Assembly (NCBI RefSeq): GCF_032444005.1
Contig: NC_091283.1
Span: 322,338,001-322,402,000 of the forward strand
Length of the DNA stretch: 64,000 nucleotides
DNA from: Ranitomeya imitator
Taxonomy: Eukaryota
Reading direction: 5' to 3'
Shown here one piece after another: positions 25,131 through 37,694 of the stretch. The notes below the pieces were generated by a model. The model was not told the DNA's origin and searched no databases. It worked only from the letters and a program-made list of their open reading frames with translations. The number at the start of each line of letters is the position of its first letter. Position 1 is the first letter of the stretch. A program made the translations under genes and the position numbers.

Positions 25131-26679
25131 TTAACATTATATCTTTTTACTATTGATGCTGCATAGGCAGCATCAATAGTAAAAAGTTAATCACACAGTG
25201 TTAATAGCAGCGTTAACAGACTGCGTTACACCGCGTTATGCCGTAGTGTAACGCAGTCGGTTTAACGGACTGCTAAAACGCTATGTGGGCGGCGGGCGCT
25301 GACTGGGGGGGGAGTATGGAGGGGGCACTTACTGCAGAGGAGTAGGGAGCGGCCATTTCACAGCCTGACTGTGCTCGTCACTGACCAATCAGCGACATGG
25401 GATTTCCGTGACAGACAAAGAGACAGACAAACAGACGGAAGTGCCCCTTAGACGATTATATATATAGATAGGGATTTTCATATAAGGCTGCATGATCTGG
25501 TCATCAGCCAGTGTGTATAAGTGCAATAGTCAAGCATCAAGCTCAGTTATCGTGTGCATAGAGGGTGTGGAGACAGATGGATAGTAGGGTGCAGATTCAG
25601 AATAATATTTGGAAGGAGGGAACAGGACATAGTTAGTTTACTGAGTAGTTTATGTGGTAGGCTTGTTTGAAGAGATGGGTTTTCAAAGCACGCTTGAATA
25701 GGTCGGGGCTAGGTATCAACCTAATCATCTGAGGAAGTGTATTCCAGAGAGCTGGCGCAGCATGAGAGAAGTCTTGGAGATGGAGGTGCGAGGTTAGGAT
25801 TACGGGGGATGTTAGTCTTAGGTCATTTGTAGAACGGAGCTTTGTGGGTGTGGGAGATGAGTTTATACTGGGCCCTGTAGTGAATGGGTAGCCAGTATAA
25901 TGACAGGCACAAGATGGAGGCATCGGTGAAGCGGCTGGACAGAAATATGACTCTGGCTGCCGCATTCAAAAATGTATTGGAGAGGAGAAAATTAGATAAG
26001 AGGGAGACCGATCAGAAGAGAGTTTCAGTAGTCCAGACGAGAATGAATAAGAGCGACAGTAAGAGTCTTAGCAGTTTCAAAGGAGAGAAAAGTTCGGATT
26101 CTGGAGATGTTTTTAAGATGCAGGTGACAAGAGTGAGTGAGTGATCGGATATAGGGAGTAAAAGAAAGTTCAGTGTCGAATATGACCCCAAGACAGCGGG
26201 CATGCTGCTTGGGAGTTATGGTTGAACCCTCCAGGGTTATTTCGATGTTGGGTAGAATGAGGTTAGTAGAAGGGAGAAACACAAGAAGTTCAGTTTTGGA
26301 GAGCTTTAGTTTCAGATAGAGGGAGGACATGATGTTAGAGACAGCAGACAGACAATCCTTGGTATTTTGAATTAGAGTGGGGGTGATGTCAGGGGAAGAA
26401 GTGTATAATTGGGTCTCGTCAGCATAGAGATGGTACTGGAACCCAAATCTGCTGATTGTTTGTCCAACAGGGGCAGTGTATAGAGAGAAGAGGAGGAGGC
26501 CTAGGACTGAGCCCTGCAGAACCCCGATAGTAAGGGGACGAGGAGAGGGAGAGGAGCCGGCAAAAGATACAGTGGAAGAGCGGTCAGAAAGGTAGGAGGA
26601 GAACCAGGAGAGGGCTGTGTCCATGAGGCCTATAGAGTGGAGGATAGTGAGGAGGAGCTAGTGATCCACGGTGTCAAAT

Positions 26680-29024
26680 CTAATCTACTATCTAATAGAC
26701 CTGACAGAATAACAAATCTGCAGGTGGTTGGGCATTTAGGAAATAGCGACCACAATATTGTGCAGTTTCACCTGTCTTTCACTAGGGGGACTTGTCAGGG
26801 AGTCACAAAAACATTGAACTTTAGGAAGGCAAAGTTTGAACAGCTTAGAGATGCCCTTAATCTGGTAGACTGGGACAATATCCTCAGAAATGAGAATACA
26901 GATAATAAATGGGAAATGTTTAAGAACATCCTAAATAGGCAGTGTAAGCGGTTTATACCTTGTGGGAATAAAAGGACTAGAAATAGGAAAAACCCAATGT
27001 GGCTAAACAAAGAAGTAAGACAGGCAATTAACAGTAAAAAGAAAGCATTTGCACTACTAAAGCAGGATGGCACCATTGAAGCTCTAAAAAACTATAGGGA
27101 GAAAAATACTTTATCTAAAAAACTAATTAAAGCTGCCAAAAAGGAAACAGAGAAGCACATTGCTAAGGAGAGTAAAACTAATCCCAAACTGTTCTTCAAC
27201 TATATCAATAGTAAAAGAATAAAAACTGAAAATGTAGGCCCCTTAAAAAATAGTGAGGAAAGAATGGTTGTAGATGACGAGGAAAAAGCTAACATATTAA
27301 ACACCTTCTTCTCCACGGTATTCACGGTGGAAAATGAAATGCTAGGTGAAATCCCAAGAAACAATGAAAACCCTATATTAAGGGTCACCAATCTAACCCA
27401 AGAAGAGGTGCGAAACCGGCTAAATAAGATTAAAATAGATAAATCTCCGGGTCCGGATGGCATACACCCACGAGTACTAAGAGAACTAAGTAATGTAATA
27501 GATAAACCATTATTTCTTATTTTTAGTGACTCTATAGCGACAGGGTCTGTTCCGCAGGACTGGCGCATAGCAAATGTGGTGCCAATATTCAAAAAGGGCT
27601 CTAAAAGTGAACCTGGAAATTATAGGCCAGTAAGTCTAACCTCTATTGTTGGTAAAATATTTGAAGGGTTTCTGAGGGATGTTATTCTGGATTATCTCAA
27701 TGAGAATAACTGTTTAACTCCATATCAGCATGGGTTTATGAGAAATCGCTCCTGTCAAACCAATCTAATCAGTTTTTATGAAGAGGTAAGCTATAGACTG
27801 GACCACGGTGAGTCATTGGACGTGGTATATCTCGATTTTTCCAAAGCGTTTGATACCGTGCCGCACAAGAGGTTGGTACACAAAATGAGAATGCTTGGTC
27901 TGGGGGAAAATGTGTGTAAATGGGTTAGTAACTGGCTTAGTGATAGAAAGCAGAGGGTGGTTATAAATGGTATAGTCTCTAACTGGGTCGCTGTGACCAG
28001 TGGGGTACCGCAGGGGTCAGTATTGGGACCTGTTCTCTTCAACATATTCATTAATGATCTGGTAGAAGGTTTACACAGTAAAATATCGATATTTGCAGAT
28101 GATACAAAACTATGTAAAGCAGTTAATACAAGAGAAGATAGTATTCTGCTACAGATGGATCTGGATAAGTTGGAAACTTGGGCTGAAAGGTGGCAGATGA
28201 GGTTTAACAATGATAAATGTAAGGTTATACACATGGGAAGAGGGAATCAATATCACCATTACACACTGAACGGGAAACCACTGGGTAAATCTGACAGGGA
28301 GAAGGACTTGGGGATCCTAGTTAATGATAAACTTACCTGGAGCAGCCAGTGCCAGGCAGCAGCTGCCAAGGCAAACAGGATCATGGGGTGCATTAAAAGA
28401 GGTCTGGATACACATGATGAGAGCATTATACTGCCTCTGTACAAATCCCTAGTTAGACCGCACATGGAGTACTGTGTCCAGTTTTGGGCACCGGTGCTCA
28501 GGAAGGATATAATGGAACTAGAGAGAGTACAAAGGAGGGCAACAAAATTAATAAAGGGGATGGGAGAACTACAATACCCAGATAGATTAGCGAAATTAGG
28601 ATTATTTAGTCTAGAAAAAAGACGACTGAGGGGCGATCTAATAACCATGTATAAGTATATAAGGGGACAATACAAATATCTCGCTGAGGATCTGTTTATA
28701 CCAAGGAAGGTGACGGGCACAAGGGGGCATTCTTTGCGTCTGGAGGAGAGAAGGTTTTTCCACCAACATAGAAGAGGATTCTTTACTGTTAGGGCAGTGA
28801 GAATCTGGAATTGCTTGCCTGAGGAGGTGGTGATGGCAAACTCAGTCGAGGGGTTCAAGAGAGGCCTGGATGTCTTCCTGGAGCAGAACAATATTGTATC
28901 ATACAATTATTAGGTTCTGTAGAAGGACGTAGATCTGGGGATTTATTATGATGGAATATAGGCTGAACTGGATGGACAAATGTCTTTTTTCGGCCTTACT
29001 AACTATGTTACTATGTTACTATGT
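26680..29024 (+). mobile_element. 5'-truncated CR1 LINE, copy 1
   Basis: (CTATGTTA)n tail; AAAT duplicated at 26676-26679 and 29025-29028; inserted in L2 RT. Confidence 0.95.
26682..28913 (+). CDS. CR1 ORF2 (end of APE endonuclease + RT + C-terminus), uninterrupted but 5'-truncated
   Basis: GHLGNSDHN, KSPGPDG, NYRPVSLTS, YLDFSKAFD, GVPQGSVLGP, FADD motifs; no internal stops. Confidence 0.9.
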   Translation, partial: NLLSNRPDRITNLQVVGHLGNSDHNIVQFHLSFTRGTCQGVTKTLNFRKAKFEQLRDALNLVDWDNILRNENTDNKWEMFKNILNRQCKRFIPCGNKRTRNRKNPMWLNKEVRQAINSKKKAFALLKQDGTIEALKNYREKNTLSKKLIKAAKKETEKHIAKESKTNPKLFFNYINSKRIKTENVGPLKNSEERMVVDDEEKANILNTFFSTVFTVENEMLGEIPRNNENPILRVTNLTQEEVRNRLNKIKIDKSPGPDGIHPRVLRELSNVIDKPLFLIFSDSIATGSVPQDWRIANVVPIFKKGSKSEPGNYRPVSLTSIVGKIFEGFLRDVILDYLNENNCLTPYQHGFMRNRSCQTNLISFYEEVSYRLDHGESLDVVYLDFSKAFDTVPHKRLVHKMRMLGLGENVCKWVSNWLSDRKQRVVINGIVSNWVAVTSGVPQGSVLGPVLFNIFINDLVEGLHSKISIFADDTKLCKAVNTREDSILLQMDLDKLETWAERWQMRFNNDKCKVIHMGRGNQYHHYTLNGKPLGKSDREKDLGILVNDKLTWSSQCQAAAAKANRIMGCIKRGLDTHDESIILPLYKSLVRPHMEYCVQFWAPVLRKDIMELERVQRRATKLIKGMGELQYPDRLAKLGLFSLEKRRLRGDLITMYKYIRGQYKYLAEDLFIPRKVTGTRGHSLRLEERRFFHQHRRGFFTVRAVRIWNCLPEEVVMANSVEGFKRGLDVFLEQNNIVSYNY

Positions 29025-30500
29025 AAATGCGGCAGAGAGATCCAGGAGAATCAGCAGGGAGCAATGACCTTTGGATTTAGCTGTTATTAGATCATCAGAT
29101 ACTTTAGTGAGGGCAGGTTCAGTGGAGTGTAAAGAGCGGAAACCAGATTGTAAGGGGTCAAGAAGAGAGTTATCTGAGAGACAGCGGATTAGATGGGAGT
29201 GGACCAAGTGTTCCATGAGTTTAGAGATGAAGGAAAGGTTAGAGACAGGTCTGTAGTTAGCAGTGAAGTTCTGGTCTAGGGATGGCTTTTTAAGTAAAGG
29301 GGTTATGATGGCATGTTTAAATGAGGAGGGAAAGAGAGAGGTTAAGTGAGAGAGGTGAGTGGTGACCGCTGGTGAGAGAGACTGCAGGAGATGTGAAGGA
29401 ATGGGGTCACTGTTGCAGGTTGTAGGCCGAGCAGAATCGAGGAGCTTGGAAACTTCTTCTTCTGAAACAGGCTCAAAGATGTCTAGTGAGCTTGAGGTGC
29501 GGCAGGGAAGGGTGATCCAGGCACTGAGGAGATTGGGCTGAGATATCCTGATGGATGTTGTTGATTTTTTCTAGGAAATAAGTGACCAGATCCTCACTGC
29601 TGAGGTTGGTGATGGGGGCCTGTAGTTTAGGTTTCAGGAGGGAGTTTAAGGTTTCAAAAAGTCATTTTGGGTTGTTGGATAGTGAGGTGATGAGTGTGGT
29701 GAAGTACGATTGTTTGGCCAGATGAAGGGCAGAGTTATAGGCTTTGAGCATGAACTTGAGCAGCGCTGAAGAAAGCGTGTTTGCATTGTGTGCCACGGCT
29801 GCCTTTGCCTGTGTCAGGTCTTTCTGCGTGTAGAAGGTGCTGCTTCATCCAGGGCATTCTTCAGTGTATTATTGAAGTGTGACAATGCTAAGTCTGGACA
29901 GGAGAGGGAGGAGATTGTCAATCAGCTCCTGGATATTAATGGTACGGGTATTCCAATAAGTGTGGTAAGTGGGGGTGTCCCGGGTGAGGAGACAATTCTT
30001 GACAGAGAAAGAAAGAAGGTTGTGGTCTGAAAGCGGGAGACGGGAGTTAGTATACTAATATATTTTCTTTTTCTTTTATAGGTTCGTTCAGGAAAGTAAA
30101 AAGAAAAAAAATGTTTTTATAAAAATAACGAACAAAGAAAAACAAATTGGGGATACGAACTTGCTTCAAAAGGTATAAACCAGGATTTGATCCACTCATT
30201 ACCCTCTCATGCCACTATTCCAGCCAGAGAAAACTCAATCAAAAACAAGGAGGAAGAAATAAAATGATGTATAATCAGAATTAAACAAGGAAAATAATAT
30301 TGCCAACATCTATTAAAAGACTTCTTTATTAGTTTAACCCCTTAGTGACGGAGCCAAAATTTTGAAATCTGACCAGTGTCACTTTATGTGGTAATAACTC
30401 TGCAACGCTTCAACAAATCACAGTGATTTTGAAACTGTTTTTTCGTGACACATTACACTTTATGATAATGGTAAATTTAGGTCACTATGTTTTGTGTTTA

Positions 30501-32029
30501 CCGTATATACTCGAGTATAAGCCGAGATTTTCAGCCCAAATTTTAGGGCTGAAAGTGCCCCCCTCGGCTTATACTCGAGTCACGGTAGCGGTGGGGTCGG
30601 CAGGTGAGGGGCTGAGGGCGCTGGGGTATACTTACCTAGTCCCAGCGATCCTCGCGCTGTCCCTGCCGTCCCACGGGCTTCGGCGCTGCAGCTTCTTCCT
30701 CTCTTCAGCGGTCACGTGGGACCGCTCATTTCAGAAATGAATAAGCGGCTCCACCTCCCATAGGGGCGGAGCCGCTTATTCATTTCTCTAATCAGCGGTG
30801 CCGGTGACCGCTGATAGAGAAAGAAGCTGCAGCGCCGAAGACAGGAGGGGACAGCGCGAGGATCGCCAGGACTAGGTAAGTATAGCATATTCACCTGTCC
30901 TCGTTCCAGCCGCCGAGCGTCGCTCCATCTTCCCGGCCGGCGCCTCCATCTTCCCGGCGTCTGCGCTCTCTGACTGATCAGGCAGAGGGCGCGATGACGC
31001 ATATAGTGTGCGCGGCGCCCTCTGCCTGATCAGTCAGAGCAGAGACGCCGGGAAGATGGAGGCGCCGGAACGAGACGCTGGGAGCTGCAATCAAGGGAGG
31101 TGAGTATGTGGTTTTTTTTTTTTATTGCAGCAGTAGCAGCGGCAGCACAGATTAATGTGGAGCATCTATGGGGCACAGTGAACGGTGCAGGGCACCGTAT
31201 AAGGCACAGCTAGGGGGCACAATGAACGGTGCAGAGCACCGTATAAGGCACAGCTAGGGGGCACAATGAACGGTGCAGAGCACCGTATAAGGCACAGCTA
31301 GGGGGCACAATGAACGGTGCAGAGCACCGTATAAGGCACAGCTAGGGGGCACAATGAACGGTGCAGAGCACCGTATAAGGCACAGCTAGGGGGCACAATG
31401 AACGGTGCAGAGCACCGTATAAGGCACAGCTAGGGGGCACAATGAACGGTGCAGAGCACCGTATAAGGCACAGCTAGGGGGCACAGTGAACGGTGCAGAG
31501 CACCGTATATGGCACAGCTATGGGGCACAATGAACGGTGCAGAGCACCGTATAAGGCACAGCTAGGGGGCACAATGAACGGTGCAGAGCACCGTATAAGG
31601 CACAGCTAGGGGGCACAGTGAACGGTGCAGAGCACCGTATAAGGCACAGCTAGGGGGCACAATGAACTGTGCAGAGCACCGTATAAGGCACAGCTAGGGG
31701 GCACAATGAACGGTGCAGAGCACCGTATAAGGCACAGCTATGGGGCACAGTGAACGGTGCAGAGCACTGTATATGGCACAGCTAGGGGGCACAGTGAACG
31801 TTGCAGAGCACTATATGGGGCACAGCTATGGGGAAATATGAATGGTGTAGAGCACTATATGGCACAGCTATGGGGAAATAATGATCTATTTTTATTTTTG
31901 AAATTCACCGGTAAATGCTGCATTTCTACCCTAGGCTTATACTCGAGTCAATAAGTTTTCCCAGTTTTTTGTGGCAAAATTAGGGGGGTCGGCTTATACT
32001 CGGGTCGGCTTATACTCGAGTATATACGG
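30501..32029. mobile_element. Tc1/mariner-superfamily (pogo/Tigger-like) MITE
   Basis: 25-bp TIR CCGTATATACTCGAGTATAAGCCGA; TA duplication confirmed by the empty site GTGTT-TA-TTTATAAAA in the paralogue near 24330. Confidence 0.9.
31170..31860. repeat. 44-bp minisatellite inside the MITE
   Basis: About 15 copies of GGGCACAATGAACGGTGCAGAGCACCGTATAAGGCACAGCTAGG. Confidence 0.95.
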
Positions 32030-33541
32030 TATTTATAAAAAATATCAAAAATTTGATAATAATGTTAAAAAATTAGCAATTTTCAAAATTTGAATGATTA
32101 TCCCTTTAATCCAGATAGTCATACCTCAGCAAACCATTAATAAATAACATTTTCCACATGTCGGCTTTACATCAGCACCATTTGTAAAATGTTTTTTTAT
32201 TTTGTTAGCATTTTAGGAGGTTTAAAAATGTAGCAGCAATTTTTAATTTTTTCAAGGAAATTTACAAAATTTATTTTTTTAGGGACTTATCCATGTTTGA
32301 AGTGACTTTAGGGGTCCCATATATTGGGAAACCCACAAACGTGATACCATTTTAAAAACAGCACCCCCTGACATATCGAAAACTGCTGTCACGTAGTTTA
32401 TTAACCCATCAGGTGCTTTACAGGAATTAATGCAAAGTGGTATGACAGAAGTAAAAATGTGTATTTTTATTACCTAAATGCCTCTAACTTCTGAACAGAT
32501 TACTACAGCCGTCAGACTCTATGGCCGCTATTTGGTCAAGAATTGCCACGGCAAACATCAGGACCACAAAATCATGATCTGAGGGCACCAATTGGGATAA
32601 AGAGGAAGCCCCCACACTGTGTTAACCATTTATAATGATGTAGTCACTATTGACAGCAGCATCTAAGGGGTTAAACAGATTTGGACTGTGCAAACACTGA
32701 TCGTGGCTGATACAGCAAGTTGTCAGCTATAGTGTACAGCCGACAGCTGCTGGATGGTTAACTGTATGGGGAGGATATTCTCTTATATGTCAGGTCAGTT
32801 AAAAGACGTATTGGCTGTCATTAAGGGGTTAAAATAAAAATTATGTATTGAAGGTATATGTATAAAAATCGTGATTTCATATTTGCATAAAAATGGTTAC
32901 TTCATGTATATAGAAAAATTGTAAATATATCTATTTATTATAAAAATGTTTTAAAAAACATTTCAAGAAAAAATATATGCAAAAAAAAGTATGTATTAGT
33001 TCGCATGATAATGATAAGGTTAATCTTCATATTACTAGTAGTTATTACATTTAGAAAAACAGGGAACAGGAGAGGGGTATTCAAGTAGCAGGGTCAATTA
33101 CCTCCATTGAACAATCCAGTAGCAGGTTCACGCTGTAATCACAGCGGGGAAGGCAATTTTCCACCTCCCAGAAAAAAGACAAACCAAATGCAGTCACGAT
33201 CAGATACAGTCAGTGACAGCAAATCATCACCAGGCAGGATAGCCGGGTATAGCACAGCGGAGAAACACAATCCACCGGGAAACAAAGAGGAAACCTAAAG
33301 ACACGATCAAACACCAACCATGGACCGCAAATTCATCGCAAACAGGATTCTCCGGTATTACAACATTTCACATCAATGCCATCCATACTAGGCAATTAAT
33401 TGAAGAAGAACAAATATATAGCAAAATTTACACTGCAATTTAGAGTTACTATAATAACATACGGAGGGTAACAAAAGGGGTCCCAGTAATTACCACAATG
33501 GCACTTCAGTAATATATTCTCACAAAAAGACCTACTATTAA

Positions 33542-34666
33542 AGGGGTTGTCCACTACTTTCAATTAACCCCCCAATGTATCCCCTAATAAATTGTGCAAA
33601 TACCTTCTGTTGCCGTTTTCGCCTGTGAGCGGCGCTATTCCGGCGGCTGAGTCTGGGTCACGTGACCCCAAGGCTGCAGCTGCCGCTTATTTCCACCGAC
33701 GTCACGTCAATTTCCAGACTCTGGACATGCACCATGCGATGACATGCACCATGCGACGACATGCAACATGCGACGACATGCACCATGCGACATGCATCAT
33801 GCGACGACATGCACCATGCGACATACAGTACATACATACATACAGACATACAGTACATATAACATAGAGTACATACTCACCATCACTTGACACTTTGTTC
33901 CCCGAAGCCATTGTCACCTGTAAAAAATATTAAAATAATAAACAAACACTATACTCCCTGATCCGCAGAAATCCAATTAAAGCGAGTGTCCCACGATGAT
34001 CTCCCGTGGAGAGCAGGAGCATCAGCTGATGCGACCGCTCTCCAGGGGCTCCAGGAACACAATGATGGAAGGTATCCTTCCATAATGTATTCCTCACAAT
34101 GTATTCCTACGCCCCTGTGAGAAAATAGTCTCTAGTCTCACTTTTGGCATTGCTGGGTGAGACATTTTCCCACGCAGCAAATACCATAAAGTGAGACTAG
34201 TGAACTTTACTAACCTCAGTGATGCACTGCAGGAGCCATTGTCTCCTGTCAGTGTGTCACTGAGGGTCCTATAGAGCAGTGACATCACCCAATGTCACTG
34301 TTCTATAGGGGAGATCGTCGTTGGACACTCGATATTAATTGGACTACGGCGGACAGGTAGTATACGGTTTATTATTTTATGTTTTTTGCAGGCGCTGAAG
34401 TATGGTTAGTATGGTTAAATGAAGATTATTAAAATACTTTTTTCCGAATGTGTGCGTGTTTTATTAACCCTTTCTTACTATTGGATTTATAATGGATAGG
34501 CGTCTTATTGACGCCTCTCTGTTATTAACCCGGCTTAATGTCACCTTACAATAGCAAGGTGACATTAACCCCTTATTACCCCATATCCCACCGCTACACG
34601 GGAGTGGGAAGAGAGGGGTTAAGTACCGGAATTTCTGGAGTGGCTGCGGCCTGGTATTTGTAGCCA
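33542..34666. mobile_element. Left part of a TTAA-AGGGGTTGTCC (T2/Kolobok-like) non-autonomous element
   Basis: TTAA|AGGGGTTGTCCACTAC, the same terminus type as 58775-60375; right end not found. Confidence 0.5.
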
Positions 34667-35345
34667 ACTTTAAGTCCTAATGGTCTCAATGAGAGTCTTG
34701 GTTTTTCAGCGTTTTTGTAGATAGTATAATATATATATATTTCTTTGAGAGGTATTTTTTAAGGGCAAGGGTGATTTTAATGAGTATTTGTATGTGTTGT
34801 AACTATATGTTAATTATGTGTATTTTTATCTACTTATAGTATATATTTATGGTCCTCCTTCTGCCGCGGTGTCATGAAGAATGTGAGGTTGCCTCTGCGC
34901 CGGTCTTCGTGAATGGATTGCCTCCAAGAATTAAGAACAGATGCTGTTTGTTAATTTTGTCATTAATATCATATAATTAGAATATATTTCTGTATTTGTA
35001 TATATATGGACTAAATTAGGTATAGATATGATATGTGGATATTTTGAGAGAACATTTTATATATGGGGTGTTTTTTACATATATTGTTATATACATGTTT
35101 ATATTTTCATAATAGGGACTTATTACTGCATATTCATATCTATATGGGATTTCATGGAAGTAGACAAGCCTGTTATTTAATTGTGCACTTTCCACTTTAA
35201 AGAAATTTTACATGGGTTGGATTTAAATATATAATACTGTATTAAATTTAATTAATAAATATTTCGCATTTATAGATTATTCATCACTTTTCACTGTATT
35301 ATTTTATTATTAGTATGCACTTTATGCACTGCACTGTTGTGGGTA

Positions 35346-36239
35346 ACATAGTAACATAGTAACATAGTTAGTAAGGCCGAAAAAAGACATTTGTCCATCC
35401 AGTTCAGCCTATATTCCATCATAATAAATCCCCAGATCTACGTCCTTCTACAGAACCTAATAATTGTATGATACAATATTGTTCTGCTCTAGGAAGACAT
35501 CCAGGCCTCTCTTGAACCCCTCGACTGAGTTCGCCATCACCACCTCCTCAGGCAAGCAATTCCAGATTCTCACTGCCCTAACAGTAAAGAATCCTCTTCT
35601 ATGTTGGTGGAAAAACCTTCTCTCCTCCAGACGCAAAGAATGCCCCCTTGTGCCCGTCACCTTCCTTGGTATAAACAGATCCTCAGCGAGATATTTGTAT
35701 TGTCCCCTTATATACTTATACATGGTTATTAGATCGCCCCTCAGTCGTCTTTTTTCTAGACTAAATAATCCTAATTTCGCTAATCTATCTGAGTATTGTA
35801 GTTCTCCCATCCCCTTTATTAATTTTGTTGCCCTCCTTTGTACTCTCTCTAGTTCCATTATATCCTTCCTGAGCACCGGTGCCCAAAACTGGACACAGTA
35901 CTCCATGTGCGGTCTAACTAGGGATTTGTACAGAGGCAGTATAATGCTCTCATCATGTGTATCCAGACCTCTTTTAATGCACCCCATGATCCTGTTTGCC
36001 TTGGCAGCTGCTGCCTGGCACTGGCTGCTCCGGGTAAGTTTATCATTAACTAGGATCCCCAAGTCCTTCTCCCTGTCAGATTTACCCAGTGGTTTCCCAT
36101 TCAGTGTGTAATGGTGATATTGATTCCTTCTTCCCATGTGTATAACCTTACATTTATCATTGTTAAACCTCATCTGCCACCTTTCAGCCCAAGTTTCCAA
36201 CTTATCCAGATCCATCTGTAGCAGAATACTATCTTCTCT
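35346..36239 (-). mobile_element. 5'-truncated CR1, copy 2
   Basis: Nearly identical to the 3' part of copy 1; (CTATGTTA)n tail; TGGGTA duplicated at 35340-35345 and 36239-36244. Confidence 0.95.
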
Positions 36240-36839
36240 GGGTATTGGGTATTGATCCCATCACTGCACACTTTTTTGATCCATCAAAATTAGGTTTATG
36301 TCTATGTGGATTTTTATTTCACTTATGGATATTTTAAATTTAAATATTGAGTATATATGGATCATGTATTGAATGCACTTTATTGTTATTATCAGGGTAT
36401 TGAGCCTTTTACTGTGCACTTTATTAATTCATTCATTTATTGAGTCCATCTGTTCTTCTGTATGGACTCTTATCGTATTCATTCATTCTTCACTAAGCTT
36501 TTCCACTGTTTGTAATATCGGCACTATGGCACATTTCAATATATACGGTAAGTCCTTCCGTGGTTCTCCCTTTCAAGCCTGTCTTCTGGATGATTGTGCG
36601 CATGCGTGGATCTCCTTCTCCGTACTCTTCAGACAGCGTCACTGGTGGTATCGGCTTGCGTTGCTGCTTGTGGTCCACCCGGCGGATGTCATGAAGGGTT
36701 ATTCCATCCGGAGTAGAGTGGATTTGCGCATGCGCCACTAGGTCATTCACGGAGTCTGGCGGCAATACTTTAGATAACAGCGGCATGGGATTGGACCAGG
36801 GGTACTATATATACACGTCACTTTGCCTGGGTATAGACA

Positions 36840-36879
36840 CGCCCCCGGAAGAAGCAATGGCGAAACGCGCATCGGGGCG
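36840..36879 (+). ncRNA. Degenerate minimal hammerhead motif
   Basis: CGCCCC-CGGAAGA-A-GC-aatg-GC-GAAAC-GCGC-ATC-GGGGCG: perfect 6-bp stem I; core has U4>G and GTC>ATC. Confidence 0.6.
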
Positions 36880-37299
36880 CTGGGAAGGGCCGTGGGAGGA
36901 TGCACAAGACCTAGATCTTACTTGGGTAACCGCATAGGTACCTACTTACTTACCTTACATTGTCATACGTTATATGGTTAGTTTATGGTGGTATGGTAGG
37001 GTAGTATGGTCTTAATGGCTGCTTCTATATATGAGACACTGATATTAAGAAGGGATGCAGATAGCACCTTATATTTTCTATGTGTTTGTTAAGAAGCATA
37101 GGCGGTTTGTGATATATGCACCTTATTTTTCTGGAGATAGTATTTAGTGTGCTTCTCACGGCTTTCCCATGGGGTACTACCCGGAAAGAAGGAAGTAGCT
37201 TTTTAATATGTATATGTATTGTCTTTACTATTTTTTCTGTAATAAAATTTATTGAAGTTTTTATCTATGGTTGGCTTCTTTAGATGACAGGGATTTGAC

Positions 37300-37694
37300 T
37301 GCCATCTTGTGGTTGTTCAAATGTCTTAGCTCAACCAGGGAGGCCTGGGTGATAATCTCAGGTTTAAGCAGAGCAGAAACAGCTTACATGTCCAGCAAAA
37401 GCAGATGGAAACAAACACAAGCAGCCAGATGGAGGAGGATTACTGGAAACCGATGTATGCAGCAGAAGCTCAGAGCTGAGTAGCAGGATCTCCACACAGG
37501 TTCACAGGAGCAGGTGCAAAGCCAGGGAGTCACCAGGGTAAGAAGCTGGATGCAAGGCAGAATACTCTAGCACAGACTGAAGGCTGGGGTGGAGTCTTAT
37601 AGCAGGAAGACACAGTGCACATGAGATCAAAAACGCCATCTTGGAAAAGGGCAGTAATGCACAAAAGGTAATCAAAATGTTCAGAGTCCTGACA
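37300..37694 (-). mobile_element. Partial LTR
   Basis: Minus strand begins TGTCAGGACTCTGAAC, has a TATAA-like box and a pyrimidine-rich body; other end absent. Confidence 0.4.

Larger units (their letters stand above)
22866..25468 (-). mobile_element. Non-autonomous Helitron
   Basis: Minus strand begins A|TCTATATAT and ends with hairpin CCTGATGCGTTAGAATCGGG, 7 nt, then CTAG|T. Removing it restores the L2 sequence GTAAA|TAGGGATT. Confidence 0.85.
22636..30030 (-). mobile_element. 5'-truncated L2-clade LINE in three pieces (22636-22865, 25469-26679, 29025-30030)
   Basis: (TAA)n tail on plus with TTTATATAGCGCC end; RT peptides [40 protein letters not shown]; LDLSAAF|DTVDH is split by the CR1. 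Confidence 0.9.
30338..32828. mobile_element. TTAA-flanked piggyBac-like MITE, copy 2 (interrupted)
   Basis: Same termini and body as 24174-25130 plus an insertion at 30501-32029. Confidence 0.85.
34667..37270 (+). mobile_element. 5'-truncated Penelope-like element (ORF C-terminus + AT-rich 3' region + pLTR), interrupted by CR1
   Basis: TLSPNGLNESLGFSAFL* at 34667-34720 fits the PxGLN C-terminus of PLE GIY-YIG ORFs; hammerhead-like motif at 36840; AATAAA near 37240. Confidence 0.75.

Noticed and set aside
26637-26681. Start of the 758-aa ORF as a genuine N-terminus
   Set aside because: It is a GTG in antisense L2 sequence upstream of the CR1 truncation point; the fusion is accidental.
27200-28906. 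Antisense ORFs over CR1 (also 35464-36111 and 49842-50921)
   Set aside because: Shadow frames of CR1 ORF2.
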